DNA from: Candidatus Omnitrophota bacterium
GTDB taxonomy: Bacteria; Hinthialibacterota; Hinthialibacteria; Hinthialibacterales; Hinthialibacteraceae
Length of the DNA: 64,000 bases
Reading direction: 5' to 3'
Assembly (NCBI GenBank): GCA_016934335.1
Contig: JAFGTC010000309.1
Coordinates: 10,714-74,713, forward strand
Shown piece after piece: positions 10,571 through 20,377 of the stretch. The number at the start of each line of letters is the position of its first letter. Position 1 is the stretch's first letter. Made by a program: the position numbers and the translations under genes. A model generated the notes under the pieces. That model saw only the letters and a program-made list of their open reading frames with translations, ran no database searches and had not been told where the DNA came from.

Positions 10571-11986
10571 TTATGAAGAAGCCGCAGCTTCTTGCTCCGG
10601 ATTGGATCCGATATTTGGAGACGAATTATCGGCTTGTTTGGGAAAATCCTGGTCGGAATCGACATGTTCTTCTTCAATCTCGGTGATATCGTTCTCTGGG
10701 ATGCCGTTAGATTTCGATTCCTCGATCGATTCTTGTTTGGGATTCTCTCTTTCTTGAAGAAATTGTTCAGTCTCATCCAAGATTTTTTGGGCGGTTTCTT
10801 GATCGAGACCTTCGATGGCCGTCAATCCCTCTATTCCAGCCTGCAAAATATCGTTGGCTTTAATAATGCCCTTCGCCAAAAACGTATCCGTCCAACCATC
10901 TTTGACCGAAGGGATCATGGACAATTCCTGTTTGGCCAATCGCTCGCGCTCCGCCAATTGCGATTCAGAAATAATGTCGATGTTCACCCCGGTCAATTCA
11001 GAGGCCAAACGCGCATTGAGACCGCTCTTGCCGATGGCCAGCGCCAATTCATCGTCGCGAACCACGAGCAAAGCCCTATGCGTCTGCGGATCATACTCCA
11101 CACTCTCAATGTTGGCAGGTTTTAGGGAATTGGCGACAAAACGCCGTTTGTCGTCGCTGTATTCAATAATGTCGATACGCTCTCCGCGCAGTTCTTGGAC
11201 CACCATCTGGACGCGAGAGCCCTTCATGCCGACGCAGGCGCCCACCGGATCCACGTCGCTGTCCGAAGAAAGAACCGCTATTTTACTGCGCTTCCCCGGT
11301 TCGCGAGCCACAAGACGGATGGTCACGATGCCATCCCGAATCTCGGCGACCTCCTGATCGAACAATTTCAAAACCAAACTCGGATCGTTTCGCGATAGAA
11401 TGATCTGCGCATCCTTGGTCGACTTTTGAATGTCAACGATGATGGCTTTGAGACGCTCGCCGTAGCGGTAGCGCTCGCCCGCCGGATGTTCGCGAGAGGG
11501 AAGCAGCGCCTCCGCATTGCCCAGATCCACGATGACGTTGCCGCGCTCGTATCGCTGGACTGTGCCGGCCACCAGATCGCCGATTCGGTTTTTGTATTTA
11601 TCGAAAATCATCTCGCGCTCCGCTTCGCGGATGCGCTGCGTAATGACCTGTTTGGCGCTTTGCGCGGCGATTCGCCCGAAATCTTCGGGAGTGACGTCGA
11701 TCACAAGTTCCTCCCCCACTTCAACGTCATCCACATAATTGCGCGCTTCTTCTAAAGAAATCTCGGCATATTCGTCTTCGACTTCCTCCACCACCTCCAT
11801 ATTCGCATAAACGCGAAATTCCCCCGTCTCGCGGTCGAGTTCGGCTTCGGCCACTTCCATCATCGGCGGAAGCATTTTTTTCGAGGCGGAAATCAAGGCG
11901 GCTTCCAAAGCGTCATAAAGCGCATCGATTGGAATATTTTTTTCGAGACTGATTCTGCCTAAGATATCCAGTACTTCTTTCGACAT
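10571..11986 (-). CDS. nusA: Transcription termination/antitermination factor NusA with HhH and acidic C-terminal extension
   Basis: FGRIAAQSAKQVI.Q.IREAER, S1 domain, AREPG.RSKIAV, GACVGMKGSRV, LAIGK.GLNARLA. Confidence 0.98.
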   Translation of the reverse strand: MSKEVLDILGRISLEKNIPIDALYDALEAALISASKKMLPPMMEVAEAELDRETGEFRVYANMEVVEEVEDEYAEISLEEARNYVDDVEVGEELVIDVTPEDFGRIAAQSAKQVITQRIREAEREMIFDKYKNRIGDLVAGTVQRYERGNVIVDLGNAEALLPSREHPAGERYRYGERLKAIIVDIQKSTKDAQIILSRNDPSLVLKLFDQEVAEIRDGIVTIRLVAREPGKRSKIAVLSSDSDVDPVGACVGMKGSRVQMVVQELRGERIDIIEYSDDKRRFVANSLKPANIESVEYDPQTHRALLVVRDDELALAIGKSGLNARLASELTGVNIDIISESQLAERERLAKQELSMIPSVKDGWTDTFLAKGIIKANDILQAGIEGLTAIEGLDQETAQKILDETEQFLQERENPKQESIEESKSNGIPENDITEIEEEHVDSDQDFPKQADNSSPNIGSNPEQEAAASS

Positions 11987-12093
11987 CGTTCACACCAATA
12001 TAGTTTGTTTCGACGCACACCGTCTTCATCTTCACCCGCCGGATTATCATAAATGCAATGACATAACAAGGGATTTTCGGAGATCGATGACGT

Positions 12094-12122
12094 AAAAAAA
12101 GGCAGGGTAATACCCCACCTTC
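12094..12122 (-). terminator. Leader terminator/attenuator upstream of nusA
   Basis: Minus strand AAGGTGGGG-TATTA-CCCTGCCTT followed by a T-run (7 T in total), just downstream of the promoter; stem contains two G-U pairs. Confidence 0.7.
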
Positions 12123-12130
12123 GCAATTTC

Positions 12131-12158
12131 AGTATAACACTCGTAATGAGATATACAA
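12131..12158 (-). promoter_or_regulatory. Sigma70-type promoter of the nusA-infB operon
   Basis: Minus strand TTGTAT-N16-TATACT with an extended -10 TG. Confidence 0.65.
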
Positions 12159-12289
12159 GTGGCATCCTTGCTAAAACGACTCCCGGTTCTTCTCTCTCCA
12201 AACAGTGAGAATGAGGCGAAACGAGACTCTCCCCTCATCCCCCGCAGCAAGTGGACGCCAAGTCGGAAAATTCAAAAAATCCTGGACGG

Positions 12290-13882
12290 CTAACGGACGA
12301 TCTGCTGCAATAAGTTGTTCGCTTCCTGATGGTTAGGCGCGCGCTTAATAATCTGCTGCAGTTTAGAATCCGCCTCCTGAAAATTTTTGGCTTCGATCTC
12401 TTTGCGCGCCTCCAGAAGCAACAGCACGATCTCCTTGTTCCGTTCTTCAGACTGAGCGATGATTTTATCCAAAGCGCTGATCAATTTCGGATCTTCCGGA
12501 GAAAATTCCAATGTGCGCTGCGCTAGTTCGATGGCTTCCTCGTAGTGAGCGCTTTCATAAAACTTTTGAGCCTCTTCCAGGTTGCGAACCGCCAATTCAG
12601 TTTTTAATTCGGACCGTCGATTTTCTCTCTCCGCCTGCTCCATGCGCCGTATTTCCCGTTCCAACGGATCGTCCAGGATTTGATCGATCTGCGCCTTCAA
12701 AAAAACCGCGGTGGGATTTTGAGGCCGTCGCTCCAACGCAAGGCGGATATTCTGAGCGGCCAATTCAAATTCATTCTTCTGTAAATACTGAAGGCTTTCC
12801 ACGATCATCTTGTCGGCGTAAAGACGATCCTGATCTTCGCGCTCCCAACGAGCAATTTCGTCGCGCAATTCAAGAATCTGATCGCGCAGCGACTGCGTCT
12901 CCTTCTCATTCGCCTTTCTTAGATTCTCAAGAGCCGCATCTCGATCTTTCTGCAGCTCGCGCACATTTTCCTGGGCCAGAAGCAAATTGCTCTTGTGGGT
13001 ATCCGCCCGCTCATTCGCCTTCTTCAAGGAATCTTTCAGGCTGATAACGGATTCTTGCAAGGTATCGATTTGCGTTTCGTTCTGAACAATGACGGCTTGT
13101 AGATTATCAATAGTTTTCAACTGATTTTGAAGATCCGCTTTCTCCTGCTGCAGGACGCGGATGTTTTCACGAAAATCATTGGTTCGATCGCGATAGTTTT
13201 CGCTGGTTCTCTGCATTCTTTCTTCTAAAGTTTGGATTTTCTGTTCTCGATCGGCGATCAGAGCTTCCGATTGAGCAATTTTCTTCAAAACGCCGTTAAT
13301 GCCTTCTGTTGGAAATTGAGTGGTGAGCGACTCGAATTGCGATTTCCATGATCCCGCCTCTTTTTCTTTCGCTATAAGAGTATTGGTCAAATCGTCAATG
13401 CGGCCGGATTTTTTATAAGCGTTGATCCCTAAAAACAGCGTAGTCACGAAAAAAAAGATCGCCGCGGCGCAGGCCAAAATCATCATCATTCTTTGCGGCT
13501 GCTGTTCCTGCTCCTCCGCGCGTATCTCCTCCATGCGCCGCGCTTTATCGATATTGTTATAGGCGTTCTCTGTCTCTGGATTTAATGATAAGCAATTTTC
13601 CCAGGCGCGTATGGCTTCGCTAAAAAGCCCCTTTTGAGCATTGATCGTTCCAAGCAGATTGTAATAAGTAGGATTCTCGGACGATAACGCAATAGCCGCC
13701 TCCAACTGGCCCAACGCTTCATCCAATTTCCCTTCGTGCGCCAGGGACAGGGCTTCATTGTAATGCGAATTTGCGGTATCAATAATTGATTTTATTGGAC
13801 TTAAGTCTGCGTTGCACTGCTCGCACACAATCGCATTGATTGGATTTTGATGATTGCATTGGGGACAAACAATTGCGTCCAT
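12290..13882 (-). CDS. Membrane protein: N-terminal Zn ribbon, TPRs, one TM helix, long coiled coil, C-terminal TPRs
   Basis: CPQC...CEQC; YNEAL..A..G.L.EA...L..A and YYNLLG..NAQKG...EA...W TPRs; hydrophobic MMILACAAAIFFFVTTLFLGI; heptad-rich middle region. Confidence 0.8.
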   Translation of the reverse strand: MDAIVCPQCNHQNPINAIVCEQCNADLSPIKSIIDTANSHYNEALSLAHEGKLDEALGQLEAAIALSSENPTYYNLLGTINAQKGLFSEAIRAWENCLSLNPETENAYNNIDKARRMEEIRAEEQEQQPQRMMMILACAAAIFFFVTTLFLGINAYKKSGRIDDLTNTLIAKEKEAGSWKSQFESLTTQFPTEGINGVLKKIAQSEALIADREQKIQTLEERMQRTSENYRDRTNDFRENIRVLQQEKADLQNQLKTIDNLQAVIVQNETQIDTLQESVISLKDSLKKANERADTHKSNLLLAQENVRELQKDRDAALENLRKANEKETQSLRDQILELRDEIARWEREDQDRLYADKMIVESLQYLQKNEFELAAQNIRLALERRPQNPTAVFLKAQIDQILDDPLEREIRRMEQAERENRRSELKTELAVRNLEEAQKFYESAHYEEAIELAQRTLEFSPEDPKLISALDKIIAQSEERNKEIVLLLLEARKEIEAKNFQEADSKLQQIIKRAPNHQEANNLLQQIVR

Positions 13883-14057
13883 TTTCCCGCTCCTAATCCA
13901 GATTTCCTAATTTTATACCTAGCCATTCTAATCAGAAAACGTTTCAGGAAAAGCCATTGTCACCGCGGTGAAAAATGTTGTTTCGATAAGGATCGATGAA
14001 ATCTTCCCCCGCTATGTCGTCTTTCAGGAAAAATTCGAATGAAGATACAAAAAAACT

Positions 14058-14118
14058 CTTGATTTAGTTGACAACGTCAACTAAATCAAGTATACTTGAC
14101 AATGTCAACTAAATAAAG
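14058..14118 (+). promoter_or_regulatory. suf promoter with overlapping palindromic operator and a second, repeated site
   Basis: TTGACA(14068)-N17-TATACT(14091); perfect inverted repeat CTTGATTTAGTTGAC-aac-GTCAACTAAATCAAG at 14058-14090; 21/23-identical direct repeat at 14096-14118. Confidence 0.88.
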
Positions 14119-14330
14119 AAACCCGTTCTATTCAACATAATAAAGAATGAGGGAATTGTCAATTATTCATAAATTCACGCAGACTGAAACCGCTGACTTT
14201 TTCCGTTTTTCGAAATAAAAATTCCGAAATAGTCTATTTATTCTGCTTACATACATAAATTCTACAAAGACAATTCACATAAACGAACGTAACATTTTGA
14301 AATAAATAAATTTACACATAGGGAGCGATT

Positions 14331-15779
14331 ATGGTTTCGTCCTCTGAATCAGCCATACAAGAAGCCTTAAAAGAGTATAAATACGGTTTTACCACCAACA
14401 TCGAGCAGGATATCATCCCCAAAGGCTTAAACGAAGACGTCATCCGGTTGATCTCTACGATCAAAAAAGAACCGGAATTTATGTTGGATTGGCGGCTTCG
14501 CGCCTACAGGCATTGGACAACCATGCAGGAGCCGAAATGGCCTCATCTCAAATATCCGCCGGTCGATTACCAGGAAATCAGCTACTATGCGGCCCCTAAA
14601 AAAGATGAAGACCGGCCCGCCAGTTTGGATGAGGTGGATCCGGAAATTCTGGCAACCTACGAAAAACTGGGGATCCCGATTGAAGAGCAGAAAGTCTTGG
14701 CGGGGGTGGCCGTCGACGCCGTTTTCGACAGCGTTTCGGTGGCGACCACCTTCAAGGATAAACTATCCGAATTAGGCATCATTTTCTGCTCGTTCTCGGA
14801 AGCGGTGACGAATCATCCCGACTTGATCAAAAAATATTTAGGCTCGGTCGTGCCCTATACCGACAATTATTTCGCCGCGCTCAACTCGGCGGTGTTCAGC
14901 GATGGATCGTTCGTCTTCGTACCTGAAGGCGTGCGCTGCCCGATGGAATTATCGACCTATTTCCGCATCAACGCCGCCAATACCGGCCAATTCGAGCGTA
15001 CATTGATCGTCGCCGAAAAGGGCGCTTACGTCAGCTATCTCGAAGGCTGCACTGCACCGATGCGAGACGAGAACCAACTGCATGCGGCCGTCGTCGAACT
15101 CGTGGCGCTGGACGACGCCAAAATTAAATACTCCACTGTGCAAAACTGGTATCCCGGCGACAAGGACGGCAAGGGCGGCATCTATAATTTCGTCACCAAA
15201 CGCGGTAAATGCGCAGGCCGGCGCTCTAAGATTTCCTGGACGCAAGTCGAGACGGGGTCTGCAGTTACATGGAAATACCCCAGTTGCGTGCTCTTGGGCG
15301 ACGATTCTGTCGGCGAGTTTTACTCCGTCGCCTTGACCAATAACTATCAGCAGGCCGACACCGGAACCAAGATGATCCACATCGGGAAAAACACCAAGAG
15401 CACAATTATATCGAAAGGCATTTCCGCTGGATTCGGTCAGAATTCCTACCGGGGATTGGTCAAAATCCAGAAAAACGCTCAAAACGCCCGCAATTACACC
15501 CAATGCGATTCCATGCTGATGGGAGACAAATGCGGCGCGCATACTTTCCCATACATCGAAGTGAAGAACAACACCGCCAAAGTCGAACACGAAGCGACCA
15601 CTTCCAAAATCGGCGAAGACCAAATCTTCTACTGCCAGCAGAGAGGCATGTCAGAAGAAGACGCCGTCGGCATGATCGTCAACGGCTTCTGCAAAGAAGT
15701 ATTTCGCGAACTCCCGATGGAATTTGCCGTGGAAGCGCAGAAACTGCTGAGCATCAGCCTCGAAGGAAGCGTCGGATAA
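14331..15779 (+). CDS. sufB: Fe-S cluster assembly protein SufB
   Basis: [62 protein letters not shown]. Confidence 0.98.
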   Translation: MVSSSESAIQEALKEYKYGFTTNIEQDIIPKGLNEDVIRLISTIKKEPEFMLDWRLRAYRHWTTMQEPKWPHLKYPPVDYQEISYYAAPKKDEDRPASLDEVDPEILATYEKLGIPIEEQKVLAGVAVDAVFDSVSVATTFKDKLSELGIIFCSFSEAVTNHPDLIKKYLGSVVPYTDNYFAALNSAVFSDGSFVFVPEGVRCPMELSTYFRINAANTGQFERTLIVAEKGAYVSYLEGCTAPMRDENQLHAAVVELVALDDAKIKYSTVQNWYPGDKDGKGGIYNFVTKRGKCAGRRSKISWTQVETGSAVTWKYPSCVLLGDDSVGEFYSVALTNNYQQADTGTKMIHIGKNTKSTIISKGISAGFGQNSYRGLVKIQKNAQNARNYTQCDSMLMGDKCGAHTFPYIEVKNNTAKVEHEATTSKIGEDQIFYCQQRGMSEEDAVGMIVNGFCKEVFRELPMEFAVEAQKLLSISLEGSVG

Positions 15780-15822
15780 AAGAAATTGAAAAAACAGCAA
15801 AAAAATGATGGAGATTAATAAT

Positions 15823-16593
15823 ATGTTGAAAATACAAAATTTGCATGCAAGCGTCGAAGGCAATGAAATTCTCAAGGGCATCGATCTTTCCGTGAACGCC
15901 GGCGAAGTGCACGCCATTATGGGGCCGAACGGTTCAGGCAAAAGCACGTTGTCTCAGGTCTTGGCCGGAAACGAAGCCTACGAAGTCACTGGCGGCTCCG
16001 TGGATTTCGAAGAGAAGGATCTGCTGGAAATGGAAACGGACGAGCGCGCCTGCGAAGGAATTTTCATGGCGTTCCAATACCCCGTCGAGATTCCCGGCGT
16101 CAGCAATTCCTACTTTTTGAAGACCGCCCTCAACTCCGTACGAAAATATCACGGCCTCCCCGAACTCGACGCCGTCGAATTCATCGAATTGGTCAACGAG
16201 AAAATCGGCCTGGTCGATCTTCCCAAAGAGCTGCTCAAGCGTTCGGTCAATGAAGGTTTTTCGGGCGGAGAAAAAAAGAGAAACGAAATTTTCCAAATGG
16301 CGGTTCTCGATCCGAAACTGGCGATTCTCGACGAAACCGACTCCGGCCTGGATGTCGACGCTTTGAGAATCGTCGCCGGCGGCGTGAACAAACTGCGAAG
16401 CAATAAGCGCGCCATCATCGTGATCACCCATTACGAACGCATTCTCAATTATTTGAGGCCGGATTTCGTTCATATTCTGGCCAACGGACGCATCGTAAAG
16501 TCCGGCGACTTCGACTTAGCGCTGAAAGTCGAAAACGAAGGATACGACTGGCTGAAGAATGAACTGCAGACAGAGCAGCCGGTCGGCGCGTAA
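15823..16593 (+). CDS. sufC: Fe-S cluster assembly ABC ATPase SufC
   Basis: GPNGSGKS, AFQYPVEIPGV, NEGFSGGEKKRNE, LDETDSGLD, ITHY; ATG 15823 follows a GGAG RBS (alternative 15805). Confidence 0.97.
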   Translation: MLKIQNLHASVEGNEILKGIDLSVNAGEVHAIMGPNGSGKSTLSQVLAGNEAYEVTGGSVDFEEKDLLEMETDERACEGIFMAFQYPVEIPGVSNSYFLKTALNSVRKYHGLPELDAVEFIELVNEKIGLVDLPKELLKRSVNEGFSGGEKKRNEIFQMAVLDPKLAILDETDSGLDVDALRIVAGGVNKLRSNKRAIIVITHYERILNYLRPDFVHILANGRIVKSGDFDLALKVENEGYDWLKNELQTEQPVGA

Positions 16594-16636
16594 ATGAGCC
16601 GAGAATCGAGCGCCATGGAAAGGAATACAGTTCGCC

Positions 16637-17959
16637 ATGAACCAATCAATCGCTCCCATTGAACAATATACGGCTGCATTTGAACAATTCGAGAAACAAA
16701 CAGCCGGAAAAGAACCCGATTGGCTGCATCAAATCAGGAAAGAAGCGTTCGCTTACCTCCAGGAAACGGGCTTCCCGAACTCGCGAATGGAGGAATGGAG
16801 GCACACCAATCTCTCTCCGCTTCTGCAGCAGTCCTTTCAACTCTGCCGGGATGACCGGCATGACGTCGCAGCGGACGAAATTCTACCGTTTCTCGTAGAA
16901 AATCTCGACGCTCATCAACTGGTTTTCATCAATGGTCGTTTGGATCCCAAGTTATCCGATTTGCATGGCTTGCCCGAAGGCGTGAGAGTGGAGAGCATCG
17001 CATCGCTTCTGCAAACCGACGCCGCCCGCCTGGAGCCTTATCTTGCCTGTCAAGGCAGTTTTGAAGGAAGTATATTTGCGGCCTTGAACACGGCGTTCAT
17101 GCAGGACGGCGCCTACATCTATATTCCAAAAGGGGCCGCCGTCGACAAACCCATCCATTTCTTGTATTACTCGGCGCCCAACGGCGAACATCTCGCATCG
17201 CATCCCCGCAGCGTCATCGTCGCCGGCCAGTCGTCGCAGGCCGTAATCATCGAGAGTTACGCCGGCCGCTGCGGCGAAGAATATTTCACCAACGCCGTAA
17301 CCGAAGTCGCTTTGGGCCCCAATGCATCCATCGAGCAATGCAAACTGCAGCGCGATTCGGATAAAGCCTACCACATGACCGTTCTTCAGGCGCATTTGGA
17401 CCGCGACAGCCGGTACAAACATCATTCCATCATCCTGGGCGGCGGATTTGTGCGCAACGATATTCATTCCATCCTCGACGCCGAAGGAATTCATTGCACG
17501 TTGAACGGGCTCTCCATGGCGGACGGCAATCGTCATATCGACAATCACACCTGGATTCGGCACGCCAAGCCCAACTGCGAGAGCCATGAACTGTATAAAG
17601 GTATCTTGGACGACAAGAGCTCCGGCGTTTTCAAAGGCCAAATCTACGTGGCCAAAGACGCCCAAAAAACCGATGCCAAACAAGCCAATCAGACGCTGCT
17701 GCTCTCCGACGAGGCGGAGATGAATTCCATGCCTCAATTGGAGATCTATGCGGACGACGTTAAATGCACGCACGGCGCCACTACCGGCCAATTGGATGAC
17801 GATGCAATCTTTTACCTGCAGTCGCGCGGCGTCAACCAAAAAGCGGCCCGCTCCCTTTTGACTTACGCATTCGCCAACGAAATCGTCCATCAAATCGGAT
17901 GCGAACCGATTCGCGGCCAGTTGGACCGGCTTCTTCACGAACGCCTGCCGATGGCTTGA
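16637..17959 (+). CDS. sufD: Fe-S cluster assembly protein SufD
   Basis: EEWRHT, AALNTAF, AQKTDAKQ, PQLEIYADDVKCTHGAT.GQLD. Confidence 0.96.
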   Translation: MNQSIAPIEQYTAAFEQFEKQTAGKEPDWLHQIRKEAFAYLQETGFPNSRMEEWRHTNLSPLLQQSFQLCRDDRHDVAADEILPFLVENLDAHQLVFINGRLDPKLSDLHGLPEGVRVESIASLLQTDAARLEPYLACQGSFEGSIFAALNTAFMQDGAYIYIPKGAAVDKPIHFLYYSAPNGEHLASHPRSVIVAGQSSQAVIIESYAGRCGEEYFTNAVTEVALGPNASIEQCKLQRDSDKAYHMTVLQAHLDRDSRYKHHSIILGGGFVRNDIHSILDAEGIHCTLNGLSMADGNRHIDNHTWIRHAKPNCESHELYKGILDDKSSGVFKGQIYVAKDAQKTDAKQANQTLLLSDEAEMNSMPQLEIYADDVKCTHGATTGQLDDDAIFYLQSRGVNQKAARSLLTYAFANEIVHQIGCEPIRGQLDRLLHERLPMA

Positions 17960-17979
17960 TTGATACAGGAGGCTTGACT

Positions 17980-19251
17980 ATGGTTACCGCGGAAAATGCT
18001 TTATCGATAAAGGAATGGAACAGGAGCGCTTCAGAATTGGACGCTTATAAGCTTCGCGACGATTTCCCCATTCTCAAACGATGGGTTCACGGCAAGCCCT
18101 TGGTCTATCTCGATAACGCCGCCAGCAGCCAGAAGCCTCAAGCTGTCATCGACGCCATAGAGAAAGTTTACACGGATTCTTACTCCAACATTCACCGGGG
18201 GGTGCACGCGCTGAGCCAGGAATGCACTTCGGCCTACGAAGAAGCGCGGGAAAAAGTTCAGAACTTTTTGAATGCGGCGCACAGCAAAGAAATCATCTTT
18301 GTCCGCAACGCCACCGAAGCAATCAACCTGGTCGTCTCCAGCTATGGAAGAACCAATCTGAGCCGGGGCGATGAAATCGTCATATCCGCCATGGAGCACC
18401 ATGCCAATATTGTTCCCTGGCAGATTCTTTGCCAGCAGACCGGCGCAGTGCTGCGCGTCGCTCCCATGACCGACGAAGGCGAACTGCAGCTGGATGAATA
18501 CAAAAAACTGCTCAACGATAAGACCCGATTCGTTTCGATCGTACACATTTCCAATGCGCTGGGTACGATCAATCCCATCCGCGACATTATCGCCGCGGCG
18601 CACGACCGGGGCGTTCCAGTGTTGATCGACGGCGCCCAGAGCGCGCCGCATACTTCCATCGACGTGCAGGAGTTAGACTGCGATTTCTTTGTCTTTTCCG
18701 GACATAAACTCTACGGTCCCAGCGGAATCGGCGTCTTGTACGGCAAGACCGAGTTCCTCGATTCCATGCCTCCTTACCAGGGCGGAGGCGACATGATCAG
18801 CTATGTCTCCTTCGAGAAAACTCTCTATAATGACCTGCCCTATAAATTCGAAGCGGGCACGCCCCATATCGCCGGCGCAATCGGCTTGGGAGCGGCGATC
18901 GACTATTTGACGTCGATCGGTTTGGATTCGATAGCCGCCTACGAACAGGAATTGCTGGAATATGCGACCCGGGCCTTGGCCGAGATTCCCGAAGTGCGCA
19001 TCATCGGAGCCGCCAAAGAAAAAGCGGCCGTCATCTCATTTCTCATAGGCGACATCCATCCCCACGACGTTGGGACCATCCTGGATCAGCAGGGCGTCGC
19101 CATCCGAACCGGTCACCATTGCGCCCAACCGATCATGGATCGGTTTGGCATTCCTGCGACGGCGCGCGCCTCGCTTGCTTTTTACAACACCCGTGAAGAA
19201 ATCGACGCCCTGATTGCAGGAATCAAAAAAGTTATTGAGGTCTTTGGTTAA
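17980..19251 (+). CDS. sufS: Cysteine desulfurase, SufS type
   Basis: LVYLDNAASSQKP, NIHRGVH, MEHHANIVPW, DGAQ, FSGHK, RTGHHCAQP; ATG 17980 with AGGAGG RBS. Confidence 0.97.
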   Translation: MVTAENALSIKEWNRSASELDAYKLRDDFPILKRWVHGKPLVYLDNAASSQKPQAVIDAIEKVYTDSYSNIHRGVHALSQECTSAYEEAREKVQNFLNAAHSKEIIFVRNATEAINLVVSSYGRTNLSRGDEIVISAMEHHANIVPWQILCQQTGAVLRVAPMTDEGELQLDEYKKLLNDKTRFVSIVHISNALGTINPIRDIIAAAHDRGVPVLIDGAQSAPHTSIDVQELDCDFFVFSGHKLYGPSGIGVLYGKTEFLDSMPPYQGGGDMISYVSFEKTLYNDLPYKFEAGTPHIAGAIGLGAAIDYLTSIGLDSIAAYEQELLEYATRALAEIPEVRIIGAAKEKAAVISFLIGDIHPHDVGTILDQQGVAIRTGHHCAQPIMDRFGIPATARASLAFYNTREEIDALIAGIKKVIEVFG

Positions 19252-19706
19252 TGTCAGAATTAGACGAACTCTACCAGGAAATCATTCTCGATCACAACAA
19301 AAATCCGCGCAATTTCCATAAAATGGAAGACGCCAATCACATGGCCGACGGATACAATCCCCTCTGCGGAGACAAAGTGACGGTCTATCTGCATCTGGAT
19401 GGGGATGTCGTATCCGATATCAGTTTTGACGGCAAAGGATGCGCCATTTCAACTGCGTCGGCGTCGCTTATGACGGAAACCATCAAGGGAAAAACGCTGG
19501 ACGAAGTGAAAACCATGTTCGAGAGTTTTCACGATCTTGTGACCGGACGGAAAGATCCCATGAAATGCGAGGTTTGCGTCGGGAAATTGAAAGTTCTGGC
19601 GGGGGTGCGCCAGTTTCCCATGCGGGTGAAATGCGCCACTCTATGCTGGCACACTCTCAAAGCCGCCATTGAATCGAACGAAGATGAATTCGTCACGACA
19701 GAGTAA
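19251..19706 (+). CDS. sufU: SUF system sulfur-transfer protein SufU (NifU-like)
   Basis: LYQEIILDH, NPLCGD, GCAIS.ASAS, FPMRVKCATL; 1-nt overlap with the sufS stop codon. Confidence 0.95.
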   Translation: MSELDELYQEIILDHNKNPRNFHKMEDANHMADGYNPLCGDKVTVYLHLDGDVVSDISFDGKGCAISTASASLMTETIKGKTLDEVKTMFESFHDLVTGRKDPMKCEVCVGKLKVLAGVRQFPMRVKCATLCWHTLKAAIESNEDEFVTTE

Positions 19707-19724
19707 TCCAAAATAAAGGAAGAG

Positions 19725-20066
19725 ATGAACATGAATGCATCCATAGAACCCGTCCTGAACGCTTCGGAAATCAAGGAGAAAGCCGTCGAGAAGCTGCGCG
19801 AAGTGTACGATCCGGAAATCCCCGTCAATATTTACGAACTGGGCCTGATTTACGACATCGACGTGCGCGACGATCAGTCGGTTCTAATCAGCATGACCCT
19901 AACCTCGCCCGCCTGCCCGGTCGCCGGCATCCTGCCGGGCGAAGTCGAAGCGAAAATACGAAGCATTCCCGGCGTCAGCGACGCAGTGGTGGAACTTGTC
20001 TGGGAGCCTCAGTGGACCCCTAACATGATGAGCGAAGCGGCAAAATTGGAACTAGGCTTCGATTGA
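19725..20066 (+). CDS. sufT: DUF59 Fe-S maturation protein SufT
   Basis: VYDPEIPVNIYELGLIY, MTLTSPACP, VWEP.W...MSE.AKLELG. Confidence 0.92.
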   Translation: MNMNASIEPVLNASEIKEKAVEKLREVYDPEIPVNIYELGLIYDIDVRDDQSVLISMTLTSPACPVAGILPGEVEAKIRSIPGVSDAVVELVWEPQWTPNMMSEAAKLELGFD

Positions 20067-20249
20067 TTCCAGCGAGCGGAGAATCCAACAACCCTCCTTA
20101 ATAATCGATCGATCAATCCATAAATTAAAAGCGGCCCTTATTCACTCCATGACGCAGGATTTTTCTTGCCGACCGTTCTACCAAGCGACAATTTTGTTCA
20201 GGCAGGCGATATCCATTGATTCTATTCGATAGATTATTTTAAATGCACG

Positions 20250-20298
20250 TTGACGACTGAGACCTTTTTCTTATACTATTAATGGACTCGAGTATAAT
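20250..20298 (+). promoter_or_regulatory. Putative sigma70 promoter of pilC
   Basis: TTGACG(20250)-N16-TATACT(20272); an additional TATAAT at 20293. Confidence 0.45.
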
Positions 20299-20377
20299 TA
20301 TGTTTATTCCAAAACCCGCTTTGGATCTTCGCGATGTTCCCAGCAATCCAAATTGACGGGCGGGTGGGAGATAGAGT

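Noticed and set aside
14058-14118. Palindromic direct repeat as a mini CRISPR array or transposon end
   Set aside because: Only two units with a 5-nt gap, no cas or transposase gene; it coincides exactly with a promoter
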